Shown here in pieces: positions 39,101-50,116 of a stretch of DNA of 64,000 nucleotides. The first letter of the stretch is position 1; each line of letters starts with the position of its first letter. The notes beneath the pieces are model-generated. The model saw only the letters and a list, made by a program, of their open reading frames with translations, searched no databases and was not told where the DNA came from. The stretch is from a virus: positions 3,866 through 67,865 of the IMG/VR virus record IMGVR_UViG_3300036406_000522. The stretch is one strand, 5' to 3'. A program made the position numbers and the translations under genes.

Positions 39101-42100
39101 TGCCCATCTCTAGGCTATCCACTGCTAATGACGCGCAACGCGCTGTAGCTCCTATCCAGAAGGAATTGTTGTCGCTTAACAAGACCATCAAAGAGGGCGC
39201 TGCATTCTCGCAACGCCAAGTTACAAACGCTACGTCGCAAGTGGCAATGCTTGGCCCACAGATACAACAGCTTTCAGCTACACGTGACACACTGCGTAAG
39301 AGCATTAGTGATGCTTCCACTCAGTTCAAGGATGGTCTGAAGAACTCGTTAGCAAGCGCAGGTGGCTTCTTAGGTGGCTACGCAGGCTTCACAGCTGGTT
39401 CTGAGTTTGCACGACAGTCTGACTTACCTGAGCATCAGAAGATAGCTGTCACAATCGGTGCTGGCATTTTAGGTCAGCTCACTGGTGCTACAGCGGTATC
39501 TGCCTTCACCTTGTTGTTCGGTGCGGTTCTCGGTGCTGTGTTCACGCCTATAGGCGCAATCATCACTGCAGCTTTGATCGCGGGTTGGTTGTTCTTCAAA
39601 GAGCCTGAGACCTGGAACACACTTAAGTTCATTGTTACTGATGAGATCCCTAAGGCAATAAAAGAAGGCCTCGATCTTGGTGCTAAGGCGCTGACAGATT
39701 ATCTGAAGAAAGAGTTCCCGTGGCTAATGGGTGACAGTCCTGATGTTGAACCGACGACACCTGGACAGCATGCTGCCTCAGCCGCAATGGGTATCGGTGC
39801 AACTGCCGTATCGATAGCGCAAGGTGACTTCGAGCAAGCTGAACGTATGGGCAAGCAAGTAGGTGTCCATGTGGAGAAGGCCATCCTAGGCACAATGGGT
39901 TTGGAGAAACCGCTGCTGGTAGAGATGCTGCCTGATGGTGGACGCGACTTTAAGCTGCTACCTGATGCTACTGCTGCTAGAATGGAAAAAGGATTCCTAG
40001 ATTGGAGTATGTCTGTCGGAAAGAGTATAACAAATTTCTTCGACACAACCAAGAACATTCTCCTGCAGCGTGGTGAGCAACAAGATGGTGAAGCTGAACC
40101 GTATCCTTATACAGCCTTCTCAGGTGGTGGTAAGGTTCGTGGTCCAGGAACGGGGACATCTGACAGTATCAACGCTAAGGTGTCCAACGGTGAATTCGTC
40201 GTTAAGGCCGCAGCTGCTAAGGACAACATGCAGTTGCTCGAGGCTATCAACAATGGTGTCTCACCTGCAATAGTTGCTGCCATGCAACAAGATGTCGCCA
40301 CTAAAGCAGGACTGGTCGGCTATCAACTTAAGTATGTAGATGCTGTTGCAGCGCGTACTGATCCAGCAAGTAAAACACTTAATGTCCCCGCTATCACTCC
40401 AGAGAACGGATACGGCGAGTACTACGTGTCATTGCATGAGATTGGACATATCCATTCTGATAATGCTTTCTTGGAAACGGTACGTAGCGACATATTGCCG
40501 TTACGTATGCAACTTGAAGAGCACTCTGCGAGGGCCTTGAAGCGTTACAGAGAAGTCGGCGAGCCTTACTTGCGCAGTAACGAGTATAAGGAAGCGAACG
40601 CAATAGGTTCTGCATTGAACCAGCAGTATATGGCTCGTTTCGCCAATTACCAGGACATGTTTGATTCACGTTTTCTGTTTGAGGCACAAGCATCTAAGTG
40701 GGCTTTCGAGAATGCGGCTATTAAGAGTCCGGCGGGTGAAGCGACCTTAGCCATAGCAGCGCGCTCATACCTTGCAAGGAGCATGCTAAACGATCACGAT
40801 GCGTTGACCAGAGCGAGAGGCCTCATAGATATAGCTGATGATGCTAAGATCAATAACTCCTCTGGTGCATTGACGTTTCAAGACCTAACTGGTAAGTTCA
40901 GTACGACGAACTTTGATCTACTGAAAGGCTTCGCTAAGTTCGACAAGAGCAAGATGATTGCCCCTGCCGTTGATATCGCAGAAAGCCAGACAGGTAGACG
41001 TGACGATCTAGAGACGACCTTGAATTACTTCATGACGAACAAGGCAAGAGGTATTCCAGGTTTCTCTACAGGAGGATCTGTATTCGGACTTGGCTCCGCG
41101 ACGTCTGATAGTATCCCTGCGATGCTGTCAAACGGTGAGTTTGTCGTAAACGCCAAGGCTGCTGCACAATTCAGACCGTTCTTAGAGGCGCTTAACGGTG
41201 GTGTGCCTGGATTCAATCTAGGAGGCTTCATAAAGAAGTACAAGCCACAAGCAGAACGTATATCTACTTCGTTGGGCATCGATTCTGACCTTTTGTTGAA
41301 GCAGTTGTACTATGAGAGCCAGGGCGGTACATCTAATGTTGCGAAGCTGAATAACAACTTCGGTGGGATTACATATACTGAGGGCAATCCGAACGGCTCT
41401 AAAGGCTCTCCACGCCCTGCCAGTGAAGGCGGCAACTACGTTAAGTATGCAACCATTGACGATTTCTTTAAGGACTTCGAACGTGTAATGTCCAGCAAGA
41501 GATACGATGGTGCGCGTGGTAGGAAGGACTTAGGCGAGTACGCCACGGCTGTACAAAAAGGTGGTTACGCCACAGATGCAAACTACTCTAAGAATATGGT
41601 GAGTGTTATATCGAAGGCGGAGGGCGCTATCGTCGGTCAATCTGTTGCCACTGCAGATCAAACTGTTGAGACAGAAAAATCCACATCAGTACTTGCGGAT
41701 TTCAAGGCTGCGATGATGAAAGGCGTTGAAGGCATCAATGCATGGATCAAGGCTAACACAGGTGTCGATATTAGCAAAATGATCCGTGACATGGTAGCTG
41801 GAAACCCTACAGGTATCGAGAAGATAGGCGACTTTGAAGGTGTTGCGAAGTACATCAATGCATCTGGTGCACTGGCCAATCCAGTAACAATTGCTGATGT
41901 CACCAAGCTGGTACAAGCTGGTCAACTGACGACTGTCGGAAAGGCCCTTGATGAGATAGCACTTAATACGAAGTCACTAGGTGCCACTAATCTGTCTGAA
42001 ATATCCAGAGCCAAGCTTGTGAACAACATAAGCGGGCAACAAGGTGCTGTAGCTGAGATTTTCAAGAACCTTACGCCTGAAGTTAAGAAAGAGATGGACT

Positions 42101-43464
42101 ACAAAGGCGCTCTGGGTGACTTCTTTCCTGGCAAGCAATTGGCCGATATAAGTGCAGCCGTTCCTAAAACTGCGTATGCCAAGATACTTGATATGATGGA
42201 GACATACGAACGTTACGCTGAACTGGAGAAGACAGGTTCAACACAAGGTGTTCGTGTGAATGCATCTCTCGCTAAAGATGCTGCTGGTGAGTTCCTAAAG
42301 CAGTATACTGAAGTGTTCAGCAATGAAGTTACTCTGCTGTCGATGATGAGTTCGTCCTTTGAGGGCCGAAATATGGCCAAGCCCTTCTCGCAGGCATTCT
42401 TCAAGGAAGTGGAGACGTCGATGTCTGCCTTTGCCAAGCGTAAGATCACCTTCAAGGGAATGATCGAGCAATGGGCCGACTCGTTATCCAGCAAGATCAT
42501 CGACTCTTTCTTCTCCTCGATGGCGACTAAGTTTGCCGGTGGTATTGTCGACAAGATAGTGAATGATGTCATCATCGGCGGTGTATCTGACCTAGGTAGC
42601 AAGACTGGCAATTTCCTCTCTGGCAAGGGTTTTAGTCTGGATGGAAAATCAGCTGCCAAGTCTGGTGATGCAGCTAAGGATGCTAATCAAGAGCAGAAGG
42701 GTATATTCGGCTGGTTCAATGAGAAACTTTCCAATATTTTCTCGACGGATAATACAGCGAAGGCTAATCTAGCTGCAGCGGGTAACACAGCCACAGCTAC
42801 TGTTCTTGCTGATGCAGGTGTTAACACCAAGACGCTACTTGAGACCGCAAACAGTGAAACGGCTGCAACATTAGCAACGAGTGATTCTTCACTGTCGACC
42901 ACACTGACGAATGCATGGGATGGTCTGTCCTCGGTGTTAGAGCAGGGTTGGGACTTCCTGAAGACGACGCTGACTTCGGCATTTAATGGGATAAGCGGTT
43001 TGTTCAGTGGCAAAGAGGGTGGTGCCGGTGGCTTGTTTAGTGGCATCTCTGACATGTTCTCTGACTTCGATGTCTCAAGTGTGTTCGACTTCATCCCTAG
43101 TCTATTTGCATCAGGGGGTCGTGTCGTAGGCCCAGGTAATGGAACCTCGGATAGTATCCCTGCGATGTTATCGAACGGTGAGTTCGTTGTTAATGCCGCA
43201 TCCACTAAGCGTTTCAGAAACATGCTGATGGCAATCAACGACGGTAATTTCCACGGCTTTGCTGAAGGTGGTATGGTGTCAGATGGGGTTGTAGTACCCG
43301 GACCTGCCGCTTTCAGTGATACTGCTCGCGGGAATCAGCAAATCGTCAATATCAAAATCACAGGTGATATCTCTCGCCAGACGCGTAAAGAGATAATCTC
43401 GATGTTACCACAGATCACGACAGGTGTCAACATGAACAATCGTGAGAATGGACATCGCAACTAA
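36199..43464 (+). CDS. tape measure protein (2421 aa) with HExxH and GH73-like domains
   Basis: QLGQALSSGRLQGDELRSILE; hydrophobic segments; LHEIGH; YES..NNFGGI..GYATDANY. Confidence 0.93.
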   Translation: MAIELEVKTNAAKAESDIQRLVTAVTGIGTASDKTTEKLEAITKATDKVGSGANTAKLGRLSDSVKDIGKSANSMSDSLMRATRSIGEFAAIAVATVGVAALSDKVATLNAKLRLVEKSTGAQAERFKEITAVAMDASIAITDVADLYVKLRRASENFGASSKDALQVTANVARIIKSSGVEAAQASAGILQLGQALSSGRLQGDELRSILENIPELATVIAKSMNVSIGQLRLMGEEGTLSANRVFAGILSQTDEINKNMSRFVTIGGSLKNLGNAFTVIMQAVLQLFGGSNPIAIFIDKLAVSITGFATRFITDMAYLKVKAIVALMPLLVFFSDLPDTAGAAFQKIAKMLGDMLSFDMKFTFGGFEASAKQVISTVQRIEAAFAWLYDRVIGNSWIPDLVEGVISWIGKMTTAVKPLLVTFTSMFETVFTDAAKYWKQVLGIADKPAASTTSKARTQTADEAWAAEWLKPTPKALPEPTDANYKAPSTNPWSDFSKQEVKDWQDQWLKPLIYPDEKTTAPNKSDTGFTEAEIEAWRKEWLAPIIYPETNVEILDESVKQVKILKDIKEAVKEPPKVEMPGFDTVEYLNNLQKNSKGTFPEFRKNHLGDGAKAKPFDLLGSMNKSASTEIGKALSTGIASKGLVASNIEAAEESYVERLLSFVNGLGRSVASHTSDALSTIGDMYNDFISFVPRFFKSLGRIIAKQSDVASGLNWLQSTDRGKLVRQIVGIPDDKGGAQVPFGPHKQEVDRPFMHDIINAFDNKDQVVATLAIGATLTAILGAMLLIPTVIFSSMAPMRGFLLKAAAVSGVGLTGTMLAKNVDEGTLVNALVKGIRTTLDIGRSIKEAIFGSGAFGPISTYLETADSMGDKLIAVVKGIAEFTLKLAALAFLFSSDNRKAAGGALVDVITSPTAMGKSVGKQLELSYLNKQVKDATKTFDRSTAVVALNTKRLSEQAQVQKLVNDLPISRLSTANDAQRAVAPIQKELLSLNKTIKEGAAFSQRQVTNATSQVAMLGPQIQQLSATRDTLRKSISDASTQFKDGLKNSLASAGGFLGGYAGFTAGSEFARQSDLPEHQKIAVTIGAGILGQLTGATAVSAFTLLFGAVLGAVFTPIGAIITAALIAGWLFFKEPETWNTLKFIVTDEIPKAIKEGLDLGAKALTDYLKKEFPWLMGDSPDVEPTTPGQHAASAAMGIGATAVSIAQGDFEQAERMGKQVGVHVEKAILGTMGLEKPLLVEMLPDGGRDFKLLPDATAARMEKGFLDWSMSVGKSITNFFDTTKNILLQRGEQQDGEAEPYPYTAFSGGGKVRGPGTGTSDSINAKVSNGEFVVKAAAAKDNMQLLEAINNGVSPAIVAAMQQDVATKAGLVGYQLKYVDAVAARTDPASKTLNVPAITPENGYGEYYVSLHEIGHIHSDNAFLETVRSDILPLRMQLEEHSARALKRYREVGEPYLRSNEYKEANAIGSALNQQYMARFANYQDMFDSRFLFEAQASKWAFENAAIKSPAGEATLAIAARSYLARSMLNDHDALTRARGLIDIADDAKINNSSGALTFQDLTGKFSTTNFDLLKGFAKFDKSKMIAPAVDIAESQTGRRDDLETTLNYFMTNKARGIPGFSTGGSVFGLGSATSDSIPAMLSNGEFVVNAKAAAQFRPFLEALNGGVPGFNLGGFIKKYKPQAERISTSLGIDSDLLLKQLYYESQGGTSNVAKLNNNFGGITYTEGNPNGSKGSPRPASEGGNYVKYATIDDFFKDFERVMSSKRYDGARGRKDLGEYATAVQKGGYATDANYSKNMVSVISKAEGAIVGQSVATADQTVETEKSTSVLADFKAAMMKGVEGINAWIKANTGVDISKMIRDMVAGNPTGIEKIGDFEGVAKYINASGALANPVTIADVTKLVQAGQLTTVGKALDEIALNTKSLGATNLSEISRAKLVNNISGQQGAVAEIFKNLTPEVKKEMDYKGALGDFFPGKQLADISAAVPKTAYAKILDMMETYERYAELEKTGSTQGVRVNASLAKDAAGEFLKQYTEVFSNEVTLLSMMSSSFEGRNMAKPFSQAFFKEVETSMSAFAKRKITFKGMIEQWADSLSSKIIDSFFSSMATKFAGGIVDKIVNDVIIGGVSDLGSKTGNFLSGKGFSLDGKSAAKSGDAAKDANQEQKGIFGWFNEKLSNIFSTDNTAKANLAAAGNTATATVLADAGVNTKTLLETANSETAATLATSDSSLSTTLTNAWDGLSSVLEQGWDFLKTTLTSAFNGISGLFSGKEGGAGGLFSGISDMFSDFDVSSVFDFIPSLFASGGRVVGPGNGTSDSIPAMLSNGEFVVNAASTKRFRNMLMAINDGNFHGFAEGGMVSDGVVVPGPAAFSDTARGNQQIVNIKITGDISRQTRKEIISMLPQITTGVNMNNRENGHRN

Positions 43465-43470
43465 ACAGGT

Positions 43471-43511
43471 AGCCCGTATACGCTGTAGTATACAGACAGG
43501 GCTTATTTTTT
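43471..43511 (+). terminator. probable terminator after the tape measure gene
   Basis: AGCCC..GGGCT stem then TATTTTTT. Confidence 0.5.
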
Positions 43512-43524
43512 AAACGGAGAGCGT

Positions 43525-44735
43525 ATGTTTGGAATTTTACGAAGTAGCACGAACACAGGGGTCGGCTCCGAACTTATCGCGATATTTGCCGCGCCTCTGG
43601 AGATCATCAACAATCAAGGAGCCAGTGTATCCGACACACTGTCGCTCAAGCGAGTAACACAAGATCGGAAAGCACAACGGTGGGAAATATCTTCGATGAT
43701 AATGCCCATTCGTACGAATTCAGAGTTGTTCGTACACTCGGTTCTCAAAAATGTAACCGAGTACTTCTATGTACGGATGCCTCAACTGTACTCACGTGAT
43801 CTGATGCCTGAAGGCTATACACCTGTCGTTTCTTTGTCGGCGAGCGTTGGTACTGACCTTATCGTCGTGGGTGGCATCACTAAGTCACTGATAAAGGCCG
43901 GTGAGTTCATTACATTCGCAGGTGACTCGAAAGTGTATCTGATCGTCGACAATTCTGACGTGACCTACACGAAGGTCTTCCCAGAGCTACGTTCAACTAA
44001 AGCTCCTGGAACTGTAATAACCTACGGTAGTAAGGTTACAATGCGCGCCTTCTACGACGTAGACAACGCATCGGGCATGAAGTATATCGATGGCGTGTTA
44101 CAGGATCCTGGCATGCTCAAACTAATAGAGGCCACCTAATGCGTGTCCTTAGTAATAACATTCTCACGTTACTAGCAGAGTCTACTGTCTCTATCTTCAC
44201 ACTAGTTCACATAGAGACTAGCACTCCGATGTATCACACCACAGCGCCATTCAATATCACGGTAGACGGTGTGACATATCTTGCTGACGGTAATCTGAAA
44301 TCCACAGAGCCTCCTAAGTTGTCTCGTGTAGTTGACAGAGAGGCCTACAAGCTGATTTACGCTGATCCAGCATTTGTCTTCAGGCCAATGTTCGAGGTGG
44401 GCCTTGTAGGTACTAAGTTCAGGGTGTACTATGGATTCTTCAATACACTTGCCATCACTATCGGTGGCGCTCTACCTGGACAGCCTCTCCTGCAACCTGC
44501 GGATATACCTTTAGTGTACAAAGGTCTAATCGACTCGCATGGCTATACGGTGTCTGAAGACGACGAGGTAGATGCCATTATCGAGGGTTCATCTCCTGTT
44601 GCGAACTTAGATGCTAAGAAGGTAATCACTACCTCAAAGGATTATCTAAGGCAGATAGGCATGACATCAGATACATCATTCGATCAAGTATACGATGGTT
44701 CTAAATCCATCGATCTAATCTGGGGGAAATACTAA
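43525..44735 (+). CDS. two minor tail proteins (43525-44139 distal-tail-like; 44139-44735 hub-like)
   Basis: Position; GEFITF.GDSKVY; WG C-terminus. Confidence 0.65.
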
Positions 44736-47700
44736 TGGGTTGGTTTTCGGTATTCTCTTTTATTGTTAGTATGGTTGTACAACATCAACAACAGAAGAAG
44801 GCAAAAGAGCGACAGAAAAAGGCTGAGCAAGAGGCGTTTGAACGTGCAGACCGCGCTAAAGGTATTGAGATCGTTGCTGAAGGTGAAGCCAGTCCAGCTA
44901 ACATCGTCTATGGCCGCTGTCTAGTAGGTGGTATACGTGTGTACCACAATACTCTCAGTAGCTTTACATACACAACTCCCAACTCGCAGAAGCAGCTCGT
45001 AAACGCGCTATCAGGAAGTATCGGCGGTAAAAAGCACGAATACCTGACGGTTCAGCAAGTCATATCGATGGCTCCGATAAATAGTTGCATATGGGCTGAC
45101 GTAGATAAGCAAGATTACAATACCAGTCGATTTGCCACAAAGGGTCCACCTTCAGCTGACTATGTCAATACAGGTGGTGCCGGCGGTCTAAGACTCGACG
45201 TGCATTACTCCGGTAATGAGAACGATTCGATTGCTGCAGCTAATTATCCGAGTGTGCTTGGTACGTCGTTATTTCCTGGATTCGCGTTCGCTTCTGGTGT
45301 ATTCAGGCTTAATCGAGACGATCCGCAGTTCGGAGGTGTGCCAACAGCACAGTTCTACATCGAAGGATTGAAGGTAGCAACACTTACTGAGAGCCTTGGT
45401 GTTTACACTGTAGGTGCTCGTAGCTATTCGAACAACCCAGCGTTGGTCTTACTGGACTACCTGACGAACACAGCGTATGGAAAAGGATTATCATACGACG
45501 AAATCGATCTGGAGAGCTTCTACAACGCGAAGGTAATCTGCGACAAGATCGTACAGTCCGGTGTCTCTGCTGAAGGTAAAATATGGCGCAAACGAAATAC
45601 GCCTATTCTCACGCGTGATCTTCCACTTTACGAAGCTAACATCACAATGTTTTCGGATGCCAAGATAGTAGACAACATCGAGAGAATTCTAGATACGATG
45701 GATGCCTCTGAGTTGATATGGACAACAGGTAAGTATAAGCTTCTGTTGCAGTATCCATATGTGTACAACGCACTGGTGACATACGCTAAGAATGATGTTG
45801 TACAGACGAACTCTGGCACTAGTGACGTTACTGTCTATCGATCTTTGATCAATGGTAACAATACAGCACTCAACACTGCTAATTGGGTGACAGCTCTGGC
45901 CGCTACCATTACTGACGATGACATCATCAAGCGAGATGAATTCAAGGTAACATGGCCAAACGCTAGCACACGCTACAACTTTGCTACTGTACGCTTTCGT
46001 AATGAGGCGAAGGACTTCTCAGAGGACTCGGCAAGTTGGCCTCCGAAGACAAATTTTGTTCCTGGTGCTGGTGTCGAAAGAGGAGCCTGGGCTAGTGGAA
46101 CCGCATACAACCGAAGTGATTATGTAACCTATGGTGGTAACAGCTATCAGCTTAGGTTTGGTGAGTCGCGAGTCTATGCTGTGGACCCTTCGGTGGACAC
46201 AACTGCCTGGGCACTCGTAGACGGAGTAAATGACGTATACCGAACCTATATCGGCTTAGACAACGGAGTGGAATTAGAGTCGTCTATTTTCGGAGATGGT
46301 ATTGTTGACTATTACCATGCGCTCGCAAAAGCAGAATCCATTGTACGGAGCTCGCGTTCTGCAACCTCGTACAACATAACGCTGTCACATAGATATGGTG
46401 GATTAGAGCCGACAGACTTCATGAGGCTGGAAAGTGATTTCCTGGAGATACCTGGTGAGCTGTTGATGGTTAATAGCGTGACTATCAATGCTGAAGGTAA
46501 TGTCATTGTTGAGGCTTCTAAGTTCGATGCAAGGAATCTGGAGTGGAATGCTAAGGACAACGAGGTAATACCGCAACGTAACATCTATGACAGTGCTGTA
46601 CCAGCAGTGACGTCTCTGACGCTACTCGCAAGTAGCAACATGGCACTGTCTAGTGGTACGTTATCGTGGGTTGTTTCTAATGACTCCCGAGTGTCTGGCT
46701 ATTCCATACGATACACCTCTGTGCCAGTAAACGAACTGACGATAACATCTGGTATGGATGAGCTGGGTGTTGCCCATGGTGATCACTTTCTGTTGCCGTC
46801 AATGGCTGCTGCGACACGTACCTTTGTTGTCATACCGATGCTCTTTGGGAAGCTTGGCCCGTTCTCCTCATGGGCTGCAATCTCGGCAGCTGTGACGCCA
46901 GCGGATACTGACTATTACGCCTCACTGCCGTTAAACGTGTATGCACGATCATTGACAACACCTACTACTCCAGTCGGTGGTACTTACAACTTTGACACGT
47001 TTCAGTTTGCTACGTTGCCGACAGGGTTGCCTACTGTATGGTCAGCAGGGATTCCTGCAGGTACGACAGACTTGTATCGTTCAATTACGATCATCTCTGC
47101 GCAAAATAGCACAGGTATCATTGCTGCTGGCACATGGGAAACACCTGCGTTGATACAACCGGCTGTACTTGATACGCTATCAACGAAGAACTCACTGACG
47201 GTGTTGCAGGATAACCTAGGAGTGAACTATGGCTACGCGAATGCCAACGGTTATCTATCTATACGTAGCGGTGACACAAACGTTACAGCAAGCACTTCAT
47301 TCGTAATACATTCAGAGACGAGTTGTGATGCTTCAATAAACAATACCGACAACAAGGGCTACTACAACGTAACCACGCTCACAGGCAATGTAGGTTTCTT
47401 CACTGTGAAGGCCACCTATAACGGTCGAGATGTGTATCATAATATCGATGTCCTCGCATTGAACGTGGGAGCTGTTCGAGATACCACACCACCACCAGGT
47501 GCCGTCGGTGTGACAGTAACGACAGGCTTCAGTACGGTGTTCATTGCTGTATCACCTGCACCTTCGTACTCCGAGGGACATGGACATGGCTTCACTGTAG
47601 TTTACGGAGCTGAGGGTGCTACGCCAGTGTTCGGTGATGCAGTTGAGATGTATCGGTTCAATGGTACGCAAGCCTCCATGCCGTCAACATTAGGTAAGGT

Positions 47701-49417
47701 GCTAAAGCTATGGTTCAAGAACATCTCCAATGATGGTTACTTGTCTGTAAACGCTTTTGGTGGCACGAATGGTATTGATGCAACGACAGGGAAGATCAAT
47801 GGTGTCGACCTTAACCCGCTGATTATTGAGGCAACTAACCTTGCAGATGGCGCGGTCGGAGGCGATAAGCTGGCGATTGGTGCTATTGCCGTAGGCTCAC
47901 TGGCTGTCGCTAACGGTGCGATAACGAATGCAATGATCGAGAGTCTAACAGCAGATAAGATTCTTGCAGGAACTCTACAGGCAACAGAGTACATACAGGT
48001 AGGTGGCAAGTTGAAGCTGTTTGGCGACGGTTACATTGAGAGTTACTCACAAGCTGGTTACAGTACAGCCGGCGATTACTCAAGGCTAGATAGTGGTAAT
48101 CTAAGGCTGTATCGCTACGTGCCTGCATTAGGTTACGCAGTAGAGTATGCTTACCTCCGGAGATATGAGACTGGTACAGCTGCTAGTGGCGATTTGGTGA
48201 CACTGCCGGGCTACTGGAAGACACAACCGAAAATTCTTGTTTCACCTTTCGTGTTAAAGTTCTTTGATCCTGCATATGTCGCGCAGGGCCAGTCTATTGT
48301 CTGTGAAGCGCAAAATATCGCGGAAACATCGCTTGGTAGTATGCAATGGCGTTTTACAGCCATAGCATATCTGACACTGTCGGCTAGTACGGTAAATACA
48401 GTGTTGAATCAGACATCTGGTTCTATATCGAGCAACACTTACTCTTCAACACCGACGCGTACGACGCCTGCTAATACAGCTAGTGTTACCTGCAATGTCG
48501 AGCTAGTGTCATACCGTGGAAATGGATTATCGCAATACATCTACCGAACTGTAAGCTGGCGTATAGGGTATCGAGTATCAGGTAGCGGTAGTGCATATTC
48601 ATACTCAACACCGAAGGTTAAATCGATAGGAGCTACTACAGGTATCGTAACAGATACGGTGTCGTTCACATTTCCTGCTGGTGCGAACACATATGAGTTC
48701 TTCATCGCGTACACAGCGTCCGACGAGAGCGCTAGTCTATTTGGTTCACTCACATATGAGTACGCAACACAAGCTGTTAGTAGTGGGCCTATATCTGGTT
48801 CACCTACAGACATTCCGTACCCCTATAGTGGATTCAGTTCTAGCACTACATTATCCCCCGCAATGTCCGCATACTCCGCACCATCCGGCTGGAGCATCTA
48901 TAGTGTAGCCTATTCAGCAACATTCGGATTCGGTACGCCTAGTTTGTCAGCTACCCCTTACCAGGAGAATGCCAATAACATCTGTTCTATTCTGCTTAGA
49001 AAGGGCGGTGGTGAGGCTGAAACATGGAACGTATCTAAGATATACTCAGGCGGTAATTACTTCCTAAGGGCATCTAATAATTTCTATGGTGATCTAGCTG
49101 ACGGTACAGCTATATTTGAGGAATTGCAATCAAACACGCGTGTCTATAATGTTGCTACCGTGGTCACTGGTACATACAATCCGAACTACTGGACGATGGA
49201 GTTGACTGAGTACGTGTTCACCTACGGTGCCCTGTACAAAGGTGTGGGATACGTGACCGGTACGGTGACTGCGGACGCTCTGATAACTATTAGGCGTCCT
49301 GTGCCTAACAGCACGACCCCTGCAAACACGTTCAAGTTTGTAGACTACACGGTAGCATTGGCGACTGCGCAAGTGCTCGCTACAGGCACGCTTAACTGGA
49401 TGGCTATTGGAGACTAA
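44735..49417 (+). CDS. tail tip / central fibre protein (gpJ-like)
   Basis: IVYGR..VGG, YSNNPALVLLDYL...YG.GL, I.SLTADKI.AG. Confidence 0.85.
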   Translation: MGWFSVFSFIVSMVVQHQQQKKAKERQKKAEQEAFERADRAKGIEIVAEGEASPANIVYGRCLVGGIRVYHNTLSSFTYTTPNSQKQLVNALSGSIGGKKHEYLTVQQVISMAPINSCIWADVDKQDYNTSRFATKGPPSADYVNTGGAGGLRLDVHYSGNENDSIAAANYPSVLGTSLFPGFAFASGVFRLNRDDPQFGGVPTAQFYIEGLKVATLTESLGVYTVGARSYSNNPALVLLDYLTNTAYGKGLSYDEIDLESFYNAKVICDKIVQSGVSAEGKIWRKRNTPILTRDLPLYEANITMFSDAKIVDNIERILDTMDASELIWTTGKYKLLLQYPYVYNALVTYAKNDVVQTNSGTSDVTVYRSLINGNNTALNTANWVTALAATITDDDIIKRDEFKVTWPNASTRYNFATVRFRNEAKDFSEDSASWPPKTNFVPGAGVERGAWASGTAYNRSDYVTYGGNSYQLRFGESRVYAVDPSVDTTAWALVDGVNDVYRTYIGLDNGVELESSIFGDGIVDYYHALAKAESIVRSSRSATSYNITLSHRYGGLEPTDFMRLESDFLEIPGELLMVNSVTINAEGNVIVEASKFDARNLEWNAKDNEVIPQRNIYDSAVPAVTSLTLLASSNMALSSGTLSWVVSNDSRVSGYSIRYTSVPVNELTITSGMDELGVAHGDHFLLPSMAAATRTFVVIPMLFGKLGPFSSWAAISAAVTPADTDYYASLPLNVYARSLTTPTTPVGGTYNFDTFQFATLPTGLPTVWSAGIPAGTTDLYRSITIISAQNSTGIIAAGTWETPALIQPAVLDTLSTKNSLTVLQDNLGVNYGYANANGYLSIRSGDTNVTASTSFVIHSETSCDASINNTDNKGYYNVTTLTGNVGFFTVKATYNGRDVYHNIDVLALNVGAVRDTTPPPGAVGVTVTTGFSTVFIAVSPAPSYSEGHGHGFTVVYGAEGATPVFGDAVEMYRFNGTQASMPSTLGKVLKLWFKNISNDGYLSVNAFGGTNGIDATTGKINGVDLNPLIIEATNLADGAVGGDKLAIGAIAVGSLAVANGAITNAMIESLTADKILAGTLQATEYIQVGGKLKLFGDGYIESYSQAGYSTAGDYSRLDSGNLRLYRYVPALGYAVEYAYLRRYETGTAASGDLVTLPGYWKTQPKILVSPFVLKFFDPAYVAQGQSIVCEAQNIAETSLGSMQWRFTAIAYLTLSASTVNTVLNQTSGSISSNTYSSTPTRTTPANTASVTCNVELVSYRGNGLSQYIYRTVSWRIGYRVSGSGSAYSYSTPKVKSIGATTGIVTDTVSFTFPAGANTYEFFIAYTASDESASLFGSLTYEYATQAVSSGPISGSPTDIPYPYSGFSSSTTLSPAMSAYSAPSGWSIYSVAYSATFGFGTPSLSATPYQENANNICSILLRKGGGEAETWNVSKIYSGGNYFLRASNNFYGDLADGTAIFEELQSNTRVYNVATVVTGTYNPNYWTMELTEYVFTYGALYKGVGYVTGTVTADALITIRRPVPNSTTPANTFKFVDYTVALATAQVLATGTLNWMAIGD

Positions 49418-49900
49418 ATGATAACCTTGCAAAAGATAAAGTCGATAGATGAATTTTCGACTTGCATAGATATTTATGCAGACTACAATGACGATACCTT
49501 CATTCATGTGGATCGTAAGAAATCTCTGCTACAGTTGCGAGAGCATTCAAAGAGTGGCTTCTTGTATACGATCAAGGACGATGATGTCCTTGTAGGGTGG
49601 TTACTGGCCGAACGCCTAAAGCACCCTTTTTCTTCGCACTCCTTCTTGCAGCAATCGTTCTACGTAACGAACATGCGAGGTATTAAATCAGCTAGAGCTA
49701 TCATCCTGGCACACGAGGAGTTGATTCGATTAGCTGAACGTTTCAGAATAGAGATTGTCCTGTCTGTCGGTAGCTTCTACGACGAGCAGAATATCTTTAC
49801 GAAGATACTTGAGAAGAGGGGTTGGAAACGTAGAGGACATACTGCTATATGGCACACCTCGCATTACAAAACATGTAACGAGAGGCTTGAAACCCTATAG
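49418..49900 (+). CDS. possible GNAT-fold protein
   Basis: LVGWLLA, FYV...RG, LEKRGW pattern. Confidence 0.45.
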   Translation: MITLQKIKSIDEFSTCIDIYADYNDDTFIHVDRKKSLLQLREHSKSGFLYTIKDDDVLVGWLLAERLKHPFSSHSFLQQSFYVTNMRGIKSARAIILAHEELIRLAERFRIEIVLSVGSFYDEQNIFTKILEKRGWKRRGHTAIWHTSHYKTCNERLETL

Positions 49901-49908
49901 AGCAAACG

Positions 49909-50116
49909 GTGTCTGAATCGCAAACGCAACTCTCGGCGACCGCATTTTCGCCCTTGCCTGGACTGACCTGCAGAGTGGTCACGGGCGAGGCGATTGCGGG
50001 GTCGGCGATGCGAGGGTGATGGCATGCGACCGAGCTGCTCCTGCGGCCACTTTCGGGCAACTCTGGGCATTTTCCCGCCTTTTGATGTGGCAGAAGGACA
50101 GACGAGGAATAGACGA
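49909..50116 (-). repeat. GC-rich intergenic element, diverged inverted copy of 957-1163
   Basis: 79/130 identities without gaps between 991-1120 and the reverse complement of 49951-50080. Confidence 0.75.
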
